A stretch of 64,000 nt of DNA from NCBI GenBank assembly GCA_021463465.1, contig JAJTYH010000002.1, forward strand, positions 73,799-137,798, given 5' to 3'. The DNA is from a bacterium. Lineage in GTDB: Bacteria > Patescibacteriota > Dojkabacteria > SC72. A program made the translations under genes and the position numbers. The first letter of the stretch is position 1, and each line of letters starts with the position of its first letter. The notes beneath the pieces were generated by a model, which searched no databases, was not told the DNA's origin, and saw only the letters and a list, made by a program, of their open reading frames with translations. Shown piece by piece: positions 27,396-38,017 of the stretch.

Positions 27396-29042
27396 ATGCC
27401 CGTAATTCATTACTTTTCTGACAAAGAAAGGAAAAAACTCAACTCCAGAATCATTGCTTTTATTCTTTTCTTTATCGGTGCTCTAGCTACTACCTATGCG
27501 GTAGCTTCACTTCAAGTTAAACCAGTAGCTACACCGATTGCTCCGATAAAGACTAAATACTTTTGTGCGAAGAACCTTCACAATGAAAAACTCACAGCTT
27601 ATATCGAAACTTTGCTTGAGCAACAAAGTATCGATTTAGTACTTAGTTCTAACTCACAAGACTGTACAGTTACACTTCAACGTAATCCACTAGATATTAA
27701 TACTCTCTTGCAACTTACACATCAGTTGTACATACCCGTTGTAAGCGCTATTAATCCTCTTGAAACCATAAATACGAAGGATTTGATTAGCTCACTTAAC
27801 CAACAAAAATATAAAGGGTATAGCCTAATCTGGAATAGTAGTACTGATAGCTTCCTTAGATCACGATATAACTTTGGAGTAGGGCAAACGGTATATTCTG
27901 ATAGCGAAATCGAGAGAAAGCTTGGCGAGAGAGGGAATTACTTAGCTATAATCCCTTTTGAACAACTTAATCCTAAATATAAAGTGGTACAGATTGAAGC
28001 ATGGGACATATTTGAACCAGGTTTTACAATCTCTACATACCCTTTAACTGATTCCTACTGGTTAAATATTCCCCAAGAATATAAACCTAGCATTCAAGAC
28101 TCACTCACTGAATACTTGCCTAAGCCCAACTATGAACCGGCTAAACTTACAAAAATTATTTTAACTGGGTCAAGTTACATTGGAGCTGATGCATACAACA
28201 TTCAGATACTCTCAGGTAAGAATCCTAATTACATGCTTAAAAACCTCACAACTTTCATAGGTCAAGAGGATTTACTTCATATTAGTAATGAAGTAAGTAT
28301 TAACACAAACTGTATTCAACAGGTACAATCAACATTTCTTTGTTCAAAAGAGAAAGACTTTACCCCTTTTAAAATACTTGGAGTTGATGTAGTAGGGGTG
28401 ACAGGGAATCATATTATGGATTTTGGATACAATACCTATATCAACACCCTCAACTGGTATGATGACAACAAAATCAAATACTTTGGTGGTGGCAGAGATG
28501 CACATGATGCTCATACACCTAGAGTTATTACTCAAAATGGTATTAAATTCGCGTTTCTAGGGTATAACTTTATCCCTCCCTTTTCATACTATTCCACTAA
28601 CAATAAAGGAGGGAGTGCTAATGTCAGTTTGAAATTCATGGAAACGGATATTACTAAGGCTAAACAGATGGCAGATGTGGTAATTGTTGATATGCACTGG
28701 GGAGACGAACTTCAGCAAAGAATTTCAAGAGATATGAGAGAGAATGCTAGATATGCCCATCAATACGGTGCGACAATCGTAAATGGTGTGAATTCGTACA
28801 GCACATTAGGCTTTGATGTATCCACTAATACATCCACTTTCTACGGTATGGGAGGATTCTTAAATCCCCAGGCGGAAAATGGGATGATTGTTAGTCACTA
28901 TTTTTACAACAAGGAGTACATTGGAGCTAAAGTTTCACCTATCACTTATACCAAGGATAAAACTGTAGAGTTGGCAGAAGGTAAAATAAAGGATAGAATG
29001 ATTTCCACGGTGTACAAACAGAGTAAGATTAGTTATGATTAA
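27396..29042 (+). CDS. CapA/PGA_cap family metallophosphoesterase-like membrane-anchored protein
   Basis: N-terminal TM; VGVTGNHIMDFGY (GNHxxDxG) of PGA_cap family; 548 aa. Confidence 0.6.
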   Translation: MPVIHYFSDKERKKLNSRIIAFILFFIGALATTYAVASLQVKPVATPIAPIKTKYFCAKNLHNEKLTAYIETLLEQQSIDLVLSSNSQDCTVTLQRNPLDINTLLQLTHQLYIPVVSAINPLETINTKDLISSLNQQKYKGYSLIWNSSTDSFLRSRYNFGVGQTVYSDSEIERKLGERGNYLAIIPFEQLNPKYKVVQIEAWDIFEPGFTISTYPLTDSYWLNIPQEYKPSIQDSLTEYLPKPNYEPAKLTKIILTGSSYIGADAYNIQILSGKNPNYMLKNLTTFIGQEDLLHISNEVSINTNCIQQVQSTFLCSKEKDFTPFKILGVDVVGVTGNHIMDFGYNTYINTLNWYDDNKIKYFGGGRDAHDAHTPRVITQNGIKFAFLGYNFIPPFSYYSTNNKGGSANVSLKFMETDITKAKQMADVVIVDMHWGDELQQRISRDMRENARYAHQYGATIVNGVNSYSTLGFDVSTNTSTFYGMGGFLNPQAENGMIVSHYFYNKEYIGAKVSPITYTKDKTVELAEGKIKDRMISTVYKQSKISYD

Positions 29043-30192
29043 CAATAGAATGAAGCATTTACTGCTCGCAATTTTAATAATCTTCCTATCTCCATACATA
29101 TTCCTTATCACTCCCAAAACATATGCTCAAGAGTCGGAAGTCGCACAAGTTTTAAATAATATTGAAGACGAGCGCAACAAAAAACTGGAAGAACAGCTCG
29201 GTTTAACACTTCCGTTTGAGACTGATAATCCTAACCATATCATTACCTTCAAAGACCCATCAGGCAAAGGAATCAAGCTTGAGATTGACGGTCAAGGCTT
29301 TAAAACTGTCAAAAGCCCTTACACTTTACCGTCCCTTGGTATTGGTAGCCACATCTTAACATTCCGATTCACTGATAAGGAAGAAACCAGCCAGACTTTG
29401 GAAAAAGATTTAGTAGTAGTACCAAGACCACCAGTAATAAGTGCTCCAGAAAATATCACTAAATCAGAAATCACCATAAAAGGAACTGCATTGGCAGGCT
29501 CAACTGTCGAGATTTTCTTAGCTGGCGATACACTTAATTTTAAAACCGATGCCCAAGTAGGAGCTGACGGTACTTGGTCTCATAAATTCACTGAAGAATT
29601 CAAATACACAGTTTACACTTTAATTGCGAGAACAAAGAAAAACGGCTTCTCAAGCAATCTTTCAGAACCAGTGGTATTTGAAATTAGCCTAGGAGATAGC
29701 GGCCAAATTACCACAAAGACTCCACAACCTATCTACTTCAACTTCACTGACATTAATGCCAATAATGCTTTGTCAGTACTAAAGAATAACCCTCATCTCG
29801 TACTTTTAGCGGCACTCTCTGCCATTTTAGGTGGACTCCTTACCTGGATACTCGAGGGCGCATCAAGTCGCAAAATCAATAAGACCGCTGAGGGTAAATT
29901 CATTAAGCTTCTAAGTGAGAAAGATACTGAAAAAAAAGGTAAGAAAGTTGATACCAAACAAATCAAAACCGACAAGAAAATGACCCTTAAAGAAAAGTTT
30001 GAAAAGGCGGGCTTCAAGCTACCTCAAGAACACATATCAAAAACTGACTCGATTGATAAATCAATATCCAAAGAAGAGTTCATGGAGGAGTTTAAGAAAG
30101 AGGATCCAGATGATTCCCGAGGTAATGAAACCAAAGGTTCAAGTAAAGACAGAAAGAAAGTATCAGTAAGTCTGACCAGTAAAAAATCCTAA
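29035..30192 (+). CDS. secreted/cell-surface protein with C-terminal TM anchor and Lys-rich tail
   Basis: N-terminal signal/TM (LLLAILIIFLSPYIFLI), beta-rich repeats, TM near residue 255, K/E-rich C-terminus. Confidence 0.5.
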   Translation: MINNRMKHLLLAILIIFLSPYIFLITPKTYAQESEVAQVLNNIEDERNKKLEEQLGLTLPFETDNPNHIITFKDPSGKGIKLEIDGQGFKTVKSPYTLPSLGIGSHILTFRFTDKEETSQTLEKDLVVVPRPPVISAPENITKSEITIKGTALAGSTVEIFLAGDTLNFKTDAQVGADGTWSHKFTEEFKYTVYTLIARTKKNGFSSNLSEPVVFEISLGDSGQITTKTPQPIYFNFTDINANNALSVLKNNPHLVLLAALSAILGGLLTWILEGASSRKINKTAEGKFIKLLSEKDTEKKGKKVDTKQIKTDKKMTLKEKFEKAGFKLPQEHISKTDSIDKSISKEEFMEEFKKEDPDDSRGNETKGSSKDRKKVSVSLTSKKS

Positions 30193-30506
30193 GTCAATTT
30201 TATCATAAGCGTTGCCGACCTTGGGTCATCATCCGTTGCGGCATATGGCCTGATTGATTCAGCCCTACTCATTTCATGTGAATTAAGAGTTGAAGTGACA
30301 TCATCTTCTCTTACTATCACACCTCCTTTTGCCAAAAGATATAAAGCACTACTTACATTTCCTTTACCTTCTACAATGTTATTAAATATTTCTTTATCAT
30401 TTACCAATTCATAGCCCTTTATTTTCAAGGTTTGTATCCTCGCATTAAGCGTATTCATTTGGGATTCCATCTCAAAAGTATGTACGGGTGGAGTTGTGTT
30501 TAGCAT
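30189..30506 (-). CDS. hypothetical protein
   Basis: 105-aa ORF. Confidence 0.35.
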   Translation of the reverse strand: MLNTTPPVHTFEMESQMNTLNARIQTLKIKGYELVNDKEIFNNIVEGKGNVSSALYLLAKGGVIVREDDVTSTLNSHEMSRAESIRPYAATDDDPRSATLMIKLT

Positions 30507-30537
30507 TACTTTAATTTAGTCTAGAATTATTTGATTC

Positions 30538-30622
30538 TGCCAGGAGAGGGAGTTGAACCCACACCTCTTTAAAGGAGACTACGTTCTGAACGTAGCGTGT
30601 CTGCCAATTTCACCATCCTGGC
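30538..30622 (-). tRNA. tRNA-Leu (CAG), type II with long variable arm, no encoded CCA
   Basis: Reverse complement GCCAGGATGGTGAAATTGGCAGACAC G CTACG-TTCAGAA-CGTAG ... GGGTTCAACTCCC TCTCCTGGCA. Confidence 0.75.
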
Positions 30623-32290
30623 CTACCTTATTATCCAGTTCGTTACATTACTGAAGCGCTGTTGAGGAGACTGTACTGATGTACCATCGAATCCTTCAAC
30701 ATCTGTGCGTATTATATACGTAAATTTCGGTTCAAACAAAAAGATACCGGGAGCGTCATTTAATAATACCTTTTGAAAGTTTTCATAATTTTCCACTCGG
30801 GTATTCCTATTTAAAACCTGGCGACCACGCTCCAAGTACACATCTACTCGGGTAAACTTGTAACCTGAAATGTTTAGATTAGGATAGTCAATCTTTAATG
30901 AATGCCAAATATTGTATTGGTCTGGGTCAACTGAAATCTCCATTTCATAGAGAATTAGTTCAAAATCCCTAGAAGCTAAAACCTCCTTAGTTATCTGCTC
31001 ATAAGTCTTAGGTACTGGATTGAGCAATACACCCTCTTTTTCATACTGTTCTGACATCCAATCAACTATCCTTTGATTAAACTCATTCTCTAAATATGTA
31101 ATACTAACCGACAGAATCTTGCCATCACTGGAGGTATAGAAACCATTGGTAGCACTCTTGGTATATCCCACCAATTTTAGTTCAATCTCGGCATTCTTAG
31201 GGCTATACTTAATGTAATCTAAATTAGAAAGATACGCCCATGAGTTTGAAGGTAAGGGGCTATCAGAAACCTTAGCATCTAAACCAAGCTCTGAAATCAT
31301 TCTCCCCTTATCCAAAAGATATCCTAGACCTCTCCTGATAGGTGCATTAGCAAATTTAGCATCTCGTGTATTAAAGAAGATGATTTTCTTGCGATATGGA
31401 AGATCAAAAGTATGTTGACTGAATTTCTCTTTATATTCATTAACAAAAGGAACATCATCCCGATCGTAAACGCCTACGCCATCCAACAGATTAGATCTGA
31501 AAGCAAACTCCAATTCCTCCAACGTTGGATAAAATCGAAATTCAAAGAATGACAAATTGACTTTTTCAGGATAGTACGGGCTTCGAGCCAACAGCAATCC
31601 TGTCGTATCGTTCTTTTGCACATAGAAAGGTCCGCTTCCCAAAGGGTTCTGGTTGAACTGTTCAAAGGCATAAGACTCCAACTTGGTATTATTAAGAACA
31701 TGTTTAGGGACCACATATACAGCAATTGTCTCAAAAAAAGTAGCATTTACTTCACTTAACACAAACCTCACAGTGAAGTCATTAACCTTTTCAAAACTCA
31801 CGGTCTCAATACTGCTACCAAATGTATCAACGGAATATTGATTGTAAAGCTCTTTTGCGAAATTAAAAGTGAATACAACATCGTCAGCCGTGACGCTCTT
31901 ACCATCGTGCCATTTCATATCGTTACGCAGTTTGAAGGTATAAACTTTTGAATCCCCAGTCACATCCCAACTAGTGGCAAGTGAAGGCACAGGACTACCT
32001 TGCGCATCTATCTCAATAAATTTGGTAAAAATTAGTTCCTGAACATCTCGATCCACCTGATTACTACTCACATACAAAGGATTTAAGCGGTCGATTCCTC
32101 CTACAACCCCTTCGACAAAACGTGTGTTTTCAGAATTGACCAGATATTTAGCAAAGACTGAGGAGAATAAGAATGTAAAGACTCCTACAGAAATCAAGGT
32201 AAAAAGGAAGATATGGCTTAAAGGAATCAGTGAAATGTAGGTTTTCTTAAGGATTACAGGATAATCCCAGAGCAGATCCCTCAAGCTCAT
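30623..32290 (-). CDS. ABC transporter substrate-binding protein, family 5 (oligopeptide/nickel type)
   Basis: 555 aa, N-terminal TM/signal, overall SBP_bac_5-like composition (inference from length and sequence pattern). Confidence 0.55.
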   Translation of the reverse strand: MSLRDLLWDYPVILKKTYISLIPLSHIFLFTLISVGVFTFLFSSVFAKYLVNSENTRFVEGVVGGIDRLNPLYVSSNQVDRDVQELIFTKFIEIDAQGSPVPSLATSWDVTGDSKVYTFKLRNDMKWHDGKSVTADDVVFTFNFAKELYNQYSVDTFGSSIETVSFEKVNDFTVRFVLSEVNATFFETIAVYVVPKHVLNNTKLESYAFEQFNQNPLGSGPFYVQKNDTTGLLLARSPYYPEKVNLSFFEFRFYPTLEELEFAFRSNLLDGVGVYDRDDVPFVNEYKEKFSQHTFDLPYRKKIIFFNTRDAKFANAPIRRGLGYLLDKGRMISELGLDAKVSDSPLPSNSWAYLSNLDYIKYSPKNAEIELKLVGYTKSATNGFYTSSDGKILSVSITYLENEFNQRIVDWMSEQYEKEGVLLNPVPKTYEQITKEVLASRDFELILYEMEISVDPDQYNIWHSLKIDYPNLNISGYKFTRVDVYLERGRQVLNRNTRVENYENFQKVLLNDAPGIFLFEPKFTYIIRTDVEGFDGTSVQSPQQRFSNVTNWIIR

Positions 32291-32523
32291 CCTTTTGTGT
32301 ACTTAACTATGATTAAGGAGATCACCGCCATTAAAACGGCAAGAACTATCGTAAAGTAATAAAGAAATTTCTCAAGCCCTCGCTTGGTGCGGAAAACCTC
32401 ACCTCCACCGCCAAAGAGTGAACCTAAACCTTCAGCGCGATTTTGCAAAATCACACAAACAACCAAAACGGTTGAGATTACCACCTCAACCACCATTAAG
32501 ATATTTAAGACATTCTGATCCAT
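32287..32523 (-). CDS. secG: preprotein translocase subunit SecG
   Basis: 78 aa, two TM helices flanking Gly-rich loop GLGSLFGGGGEVFRTKRG. Confidence 0.7.
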   Translation of the reverse strand: MDQNVLNILMVVEVVISTVLVVCVILQNRAEGLGSLFGGGGEVFRTKRGLEKFLYYFTIVLAVLMAVISLIIVKYTKG

Positions 32524-32540
32524 ACAAAGCTGTATCCAAA

Positions 32541-32954
32541 TTATTCCTCACTGGGCTTTTTGAGTGTTTCCATTATAGCACTAATAAGGGAGGCTAGGGC
32601 TAAACTAGTTACCATTACAAGCATTGGGCTCATCTCAAATGACGCAACAGTAACGGCACCAAAATCCATACTCCTTACGACACTTTTAACAATTGAAAGT
32701 CCAGGTACAACTGTATTAAGAAGATAAAAGGTTCCAATTGCAAGTAAAGAAGCACTTAACCAGTACGTAAGTATATTTATATTTACAGTTAAAAATTTCA
32801 ACATAGGTTTATGCATAATCATACTTACAGATAGCCCACCAAATATTAATGACTGATAAATCAAATCTGAAGGGAGTTTAATCCCATTAAAAAAACTGAA
32901 TACAAAAGCTAAAATCAGTATGTTTAGCAAAAAAGAAAAAACTATCTTTTTCAT
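32541..32954 (-). CDS. small polytopic membrane protein
   Basis: 137 aa, ~4 hydrophobic helices. Confidence 0.45.
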   Translation of the reverse strand: MKKIVFSFLLNILILAFVFSFFNGIKLPSDLIYQSLIFGGLSVSMIMHKPMLKFLTVNINILTYWLSASLLAIGTFYLLNTVVPGLSIVKSVVRSMDFGAVTVASFEMSPMLVMVTSLALASLISAIMETLKKPSEE

Positions 32955-33020
32955 TTTTTTTGTTTTATGATTAACTTCAGATTCAGTATACTAGTTTTAA
33001 TTAATACATTTCAACAACTT

Positions 33021-34433
33021 ATGAGACTTCCTACACTCGCCAAAATCGTCTGCACAATTGGACCTAGTAGCTGGGATGAAAAGAGTATTAATGCAATGGC
33101 CGTTGAAGGTATGAATGTGGCTCGCATCAATGCCTCTTTCGCCGATTTCGCTGAGTTAGACAGAGTCGCTTCATTAATTCGAAGAGTAGCCCCGAAAACA
33201 ACAATAATGTTGGATAGTATGGGCCATAAGATTAGGGTTACTGGTTTTGAAGAAGATAGAAAGGTTAATGATGGGGACAAAGTAATACTAATGCCTGCTG
33301 GGGACGAGAAACTACTCAAAGGCTATATTGCTACCACTTACTCAAATCTATACAAGTTTGTAAAACCAGGAAACGATATTTTGATTGACGATGGGAACAT
33401 AAGTTTGGAAGTAGTGGAAGTAAAAGGCAAAGAAGTAATTTGCAAGGTTAAAGCTGGTGGAGTAATCAAGCGACGCAAGACAGTCAATGTACCTAATGTC
33501 CACTTAGAATTCCCAGGTTTGAACGATAAAGATCGCGGCGATATCAAATTTGCTGTAGATAACCATTTTGACCTTGTTTCAGCTTCTTTCATCCGTAACC
33601 GTGAAGATGTGATGCTAGTAAAAGAAGTAGTGGGAGACAGTGGCCTGAAAATCTTTTCTAAAGTAGAAGATTGGGAAGGTGTAAAGAACTTTGATGAGAT
33701 TTTAGAAGTTTCAGACGGAATTATGGTAGCAAGAGGGGACATGGGAGTAGAGCTTCCGATTGAGAAAATTCCTATGTTACAAAAGCAGTTTATCAAAAAG
33801 TGTAGAGAGGCTGGGAAACCTGTCATTGTAGCAACTCAGATGTTAGAAAGTATGAAAGATAACATTAGGCCAACTCGAGCAGAAGTTACTGACGTAGCTA
33901 ATGCAGTTTTAGATGGTGCTGATATGCTCATGCTCTCAGCTGAGACATCAACAGGTAAGCACCCTATTGAATCAGTGCGAACCATGTGTACAGTCATCAA
34001 AGAATCACAGAAAATGCATGAGGTAGATATTTTGCACACACGTACAAGCGCGAGTGAAGAAGGAGATGCTCTATGCCGAACAGTAGCAGAGATAACCGAA
34101 GATATCGACATAAAGACAGTGATTGTACTTTCTCGAAGTGGTAGAACTTTAGCAAGTCTAGCCAGACATAGACTTAAAGTTCCAATTTGGGGAGCCACTA
34201 ACAATCCCCTTCTTGCAAGACAATTTAACCTATACTTTGGTACCCACGGTCTTTTGATTCCTTCATTTGCTAGTGAGAAATCTGAAGTAACCAAACAAGT
34301 AGTTGGAGGAGTTTACAGCAAGGGTCATTTGGATTTAGATGACAAAATCGCTATAATCTCGGGCAATCCCGTATATGATAAGTCAAGCAATTCAATATTG
34401 GAGATTGTTACTGCCAAAGAAGCTTTAGGCTAA
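33021..34433 (+). CDS. pyk: pyruvate kinase
   Basis: MRLPTLAKIVCTIGPSS N-terminus, MVARGDMGVELP, catalytic barrel motifs; ORF-track start 32967 probably too early. Confidence 0.9.
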   Translation: MRLPTLAKIVCTIGPSSWDEKSINAMAVEGMNVARINASFADFAELDRVASLIRRVAPKTTIMLDSMGHKIRVTGFEEDRKVNDGDKVILMPAGDEKLLKGYIATTYSNLYKFVKPGNDILIDDGNISLEVVEVKGKEVICKVKAGGVIKRRKTVNVPNVHLEFPGLNDKDRGDIKFAVDNHFDLVSASFIRNREDVMLVKEVVGDSGLKIFSKVEDWEGVKNFDEILEVSDGIMVARGDMGVELPIEKIPMLQKQFIKKCREAGKPVIVATQMLESMKDNIRPTRAEVTDVANAVLDGADMLMLSAETSTGKHPIESVRTMCTVIKESQKMHEVDILHTRTSASEEGDALCRTVAEITEDIDIKTVIVLSRSGRTLASLARHRLKVPIWGATNNPLLARQFNLYFGTHGLLIPSFASEKSEVTKQVVGGVYSKGHLDLDDKIAIISGNPVYDKSSNSILEIVTAKEALG

Positions 34434-34437
34434 AGCA

Positions 34438-34514
34438 TGGTGACGTAGCCAAGTTGGTTAAGGCAGCAGTCTGCAAAACTGCTATGCACGGGTTCGAATC
34501 CCGTCGTCACCTCC
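34438..34514 (+). tRNA. tRNA-Cys (GCA) with encoded CCA
   Basis: GGTGACG TA GCCAAGTTGGTTAAGGC A GCAGT-CTGCAAA-ACTGC TATGC ACGGGTTCGAATCCCGT CGTCACC T CCA. Confidence 0.85.
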
Positions 34515-34517
34515 ATG

Positions 34518-37427
34518 TTATCCTTTAGCATTTTCACCCTTCATGTTGAATGCAAAAACTTCTCCCTTTTGATTTTTGAACATTAATTGAAGTTGTAAAA
34601 AATCATCATCGACTTCAATATATCTAAATCTAGGCGGAACGTTTTGCTCAAAGAATTGAGTAACGGCGCTTACATCTTGTTTTTCAATCTCATAATTAAT
34701 TCCTGCAATACTTATAAATCCACCGCTTACTAATTCAGATGTATTCACTCTATATGTCTCTATATCGATTCCAACTTGTGTTTCAACCTCAAACTCCAAT
34801 AGCAAAGTTTGAAACACTTTGTCATCAAATTTATTTGTTATGGAAAGAGCAATGGGCCTACCATTCGTACCTTCAACAACACGCAAAGTATAACTAGGGT
34901 CATTAAGTATATCTGTAGGAGACGATTTAACTCTAAATTTATACTGTTGTCCATCAATATCTGTTGATATAAAGTACTGTGGTTGCCCATTACTACTATC
35001 TTTGACATCAATTCCAATTGCTTTATACTCGACATCGCCATTATAAAAGTCCTTTTTAACAGGAATTCCAATTGAATATATTGAATTCGATCGGATTGTA
35101 CCACTATAATTTCCAATAAATCCGTATGCGGTTTTGGCAAATTCTCTGGATTGGGATATATCAGTTGTATAATTAAGGTTTTCTCTTGAATTAAAAACTA
35201 AGTAAATTGTTCCATCTTCATTTTTTTTAACAAGAGAAAAAGGGTCGGCATATCCAGTCTGTTTGTCATCCATAATACTCCACATTTTACCTTTATTTGT
35301 ATATACACCGTATGATTGAGTATTAAATATCGAGAAAATATCTTCATTAGTTGTTTGTCCCAAAATCTTCTCACGAATCGCTTTAATAACTTCCGCTGGA
35401 TTTTTTTTCATGCATCTATTACATACCTCTTTAAAAAGAGTAATTCTTGCCTGCTCCAAGGGATTTGAGAACTCTATATCCGTTAAAGCAACTGGGTCGC
35501 TTATCATATATTCACTTACTAACGTTTTAAAATGATGGGTAATATGGGAAATTGCAAGATTTCCGATATCGTAAAAATTAAATACATTTAAGAACTTAAT
35601 TTCTTCACTACTTAAAGCTGATTTACTCTTGATATCTTTAAACTTTTTTAACACCCAAAACATGAACTTATTAATTTCAATATCAGTCGCATTTTCAAAA
35701 AATTTAGCTTCAGGATATTCAAAATCAACCAACATATTTCTATAGTTCCTCTGATTCATCCATTTATCCTTGCTAGAGTTAAACATCCACTCTGAAAAGT
35801 ACTGATGATACGATGCTCCTGTCTCAATCCATTTATTAATTACAGCTTCAGCCAAAACAATCTGTAACCTTGCAAGTGCCGTATAATCATCAAGAGTTAC
35901 ATACTTTCTGACTTCTTCCAGGGATAGATTCTGATAAGCATGCTCAAGTTCATGTTGTAACTGCGATACTGAAGTACTTATACTAGTAATCCATTCCAAC
36001 CCCCATGGACTCGGTATTTTTAACAAATCCATTCCACGCATATAATAGTACGACTCAGATTTTTCTAATCGCAGCTCCGATTGTATTTCTTTTAATGAAT
36101 TTACTGCTCCAATGTAAAAGGGAAATATCTCAACCATATCTTTTACATAACGCTTCAGAGCACTTTCACATCCATCCCATCGTTCATCAGTCTCGCATAC
36201 AAACTTTATGTCTACACCAAGACCCTCAAATGAAGGCGAATGTAGTACGGACTCATCGTAAAAGTACTCCATATCTACACTACCAATAGCTATTTGCTCT
36301 AAAAGAATCGATAAATTATCAAGCTTTGACATTAAATTATCACCTGTATTTCCAGGTGATAAATTCCATCTTGCACTAATATCATTTAAATCACGTAAAA
36401 ACTCGACTCCTGAGCTAACACCCATTCTTTCTAACTTATCTGCAACAGCAGCTCGATAAACTCTCAACTCTTTATCTCTCTGATTATCATAACGGCTTAA
36501 TACTGAATTACTTGTTACAAACTTTTCTATCTTTGGTACTAATAGGAGTGATGAAGGAACACCTATTACAAGACCCACCGCTGTTGCTACAGCAGCTGTT
36601 TTCAAAAATTTTTTTCTTGTGGCCGCAATATCATCACACTCTAGAAATGAGTAGGCTTTTGCTTCTTCTGCCTTAATAGATAGTGATAGCAAGCTGTATA
36701 CAGTTAGTAAGTTTGAATACTCATCAGATGATAAGCTGTTATTATTAGCCTTAACTTTTTTGAATAAGTCATTTACAAACGTTATATTTATCATCTCAGG
36801 TTTTATCTTTTGCAAACTGGTCACAATTTGTTTGAAAGAATTACTGTTTAATTCCAAGTCAAAAAAACTACTCTGAAGTACTGATAATACTTGATCGGTT
36901 CCGACTAAACTGAGTTTAGATAAATTATGGTCTATATCTGTGGAGTTTTTTAAAAAGCCTTTAGGAGAAGAAATAATATTTGCGGCTGATTCATCTATTT
37001 CGATAACATATCTATCAAACTCAACCATTGTTGATTCATCCTTCGAATATCTATCCGAATACGAATCTTTAACTACATTAATCTCGACTGTACTAAAAGG
37101 GGTTTGCAGTACATCGTAGGAATTCTTATACTTTTCTGTATGAAATCTGAAAATAGGTGGATCCTTTTCTGAAAAAGAAACATTATACTTTGCAGCAAAC
37201 TCCTTACTATATCTCACTTCAAGTTTTGTAAATACCGGACTGCTTTTTTCATCTCGGGAAACCTCCCAAGGAACTAGGCCTTCCTTCTCCAGCGTTTCCT
37301 GACAATACTTCTCATCTAAAAAATTCAAAAAGTACTCATAAATCCCTTTCAAATTCTGCAATCTTACAACCTCTGGTTCAGATCGATTTTCAAGTGAATC
37401 AGCTACAAACCTTTCTCCCTTATACAT
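34518..37427 (-). CDS. large hypothetical protein (969 aa) with a central TM segment
   Basis: Long uninterrupted ORF between tRNA-Cys and tRNA-Leu; central AAVATAVGLVIGVPSSLLLVP hydrophobic segment. Confidence 0.55.
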   Translation of the reverse strand: MYKGERFVADSLENRSEPEVVRLQNLKGIYEYFLNFLDEKYCQETLEKEGLVPWEVSRDEKSSPVFTKLEVRYSKEFAAKYNVSFSEKDPPIFRFHTEKYKNSYDVLQTPFSTVEINVVKDSYSDRYSKDESTMVEFDRYVIEIDESAANIISSPKGFLKNSTDIDHNLSKLSLVGTDQVLSVLQSSFFDLELNSNSFKQIVTSLQKIKPEMINITFVNDLFKKVKANNNSLSSDEYSNLLTVYSLLSLSIKAEEAKAYSFLECDDIAATRKKFLKTAAVATAVGLVIGVPSSLLLVPKIEKFVTSNSVLSRYDNQRDKELRVYRAAVADKLERMGVSSGVEFLRDLNDISARWNLSPGNTGDNLMSKLDNLSILLEQIAIGSVDMEYFYDESVLHSPSFEGLGVDIKFVCETDERWDGCESALKRYVKDMVEIFPFYIGAVNSLKEIQSELRLEKSESYYYMRGMDLLKIPSPWGLEWITSISTSVSQLQHELEHAYQNLSLEEVRKYVTLDDYTALARLQIVLAEAVINKWIETGASYHQYFSEWMFNSSKDKWMNQRNYRNMLVDFEYPEAKFFENATDIEINKFMFWVLKKFKDIKSKSALSSEEIKFLNVFNFYDIGNLAISHITHHFKTLVSEYMISDPVALTDIEFSNPLEQARITLFKEVCNRCMKKNPAEVIKAIREKILGQTTNEDIFSIFNTQSYGVYTNKGKMWSIMDDKQTGYADPFSLVKKNEDGTIYLVFNSRENLNYTTDISQSREFAKTAYGFIGNYSGTIRSNSIYSIGIPVKKDFYNGDVEYKAIGIDVKDSSNGQPQYFISTDIDGQQYKFRVKSSPTDILNDPSYTLRVVEGTNGRPIALSITNKFDDKVFQTLLLEFEVETQVGIDIETYRVNTSELVSGGFISIAGINYEIEKQDVSAVTQFFEQNVPPRFRYIEVDDDFLQLQLMFKNQKGEVFAFNMKGENAKG

Positions 37428-37485
37428 AAAAACAGTATATTACAACATTGTTAGAGTCTGCAATTTATAATATACTTATTTTTAT

Positions 37486-37569
37486 GCCGGGATGGCGGAA
37501 TAGGCAGACGCGCTGGACTTAAAATCCAGTTCTCGCAAGGGAGTGAGGGTTCGATTCCCTCTCCCGGCA
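37486..37569 (+). tRNA. tRNA-Leu (TAA), type II, no encoded CCA
   Basis: GCCGGGA TG GCGGAATAGGCAGACGC G CTGGA-CTTAAAA-TCCAG ... AGGGTTCGATTCCCT CTCCCGGC A. Confidence 0.85.
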
Positions 37570-37762
37570 TATATTCCTCCCTTGATGTTATTCAGATAGT
37601 ACGAGCCACATGCAGTACATATTTTTAAAAAAGAACATAGGTTATCAAAAACCTGAAAGATTCCGAAACTGCCACATTACGAAACAAATGTTAGAAGAAG
37701 GGAATTTATAATTTCCAAATACCCAATCGCAGATTCGAGATTCTAACTGTCTATGCTAGATG

Positions 37763-38017
37763 TCAATCTACATCAACAAACTTGTCTAAGTCTTCATTAC
37801 CACACTTTGGACATTTCACCAGTGTATCTTTGCCTTCATATGTATAGTTACATACAGTGCACATTCTGCGTGTCCATCTGATATCTAAATCCTCAGGAGT
37901 GTCTGTTACGGGATTGGGCGCGGGAACTACTGGGACATTACTAGGAGGATTAACTGAGAGAGGGGCACCTACAGGTGGTACAGAGTCGCTACCATCATTT
38001 CCTGATATACTTGCCAT
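37763..38017 (-). CDS. zinc-ribbon protein with Pro/Asn-rich N-terminus
   Basis: CTVCNYTYEG...CPKCG (two CxxC pairs), 84 aa. Confidence 0.45.
   Translation of the reverse strand: MASISGNDGSDSVPPVGAPLSVNPPSNVPVVPAPNPVTDTPEDLDIRWTRRMCTVCNYTYEGKDTLVKCPKCGNEDLDKFVDVD

Noticed and set aside
33011-34294. Several long minus-strand ORFs (33011..33319, 33338..33826, 33836..34294) antisense to pyk, and similar antisense ORFs in other genes (731..946, 2151..2456, 51536..52168)
   Set aside because: Fully embedded antisense to strongly supported genes, with low-complexity S/T/L-rich translations. These are typical shadow ORFs.
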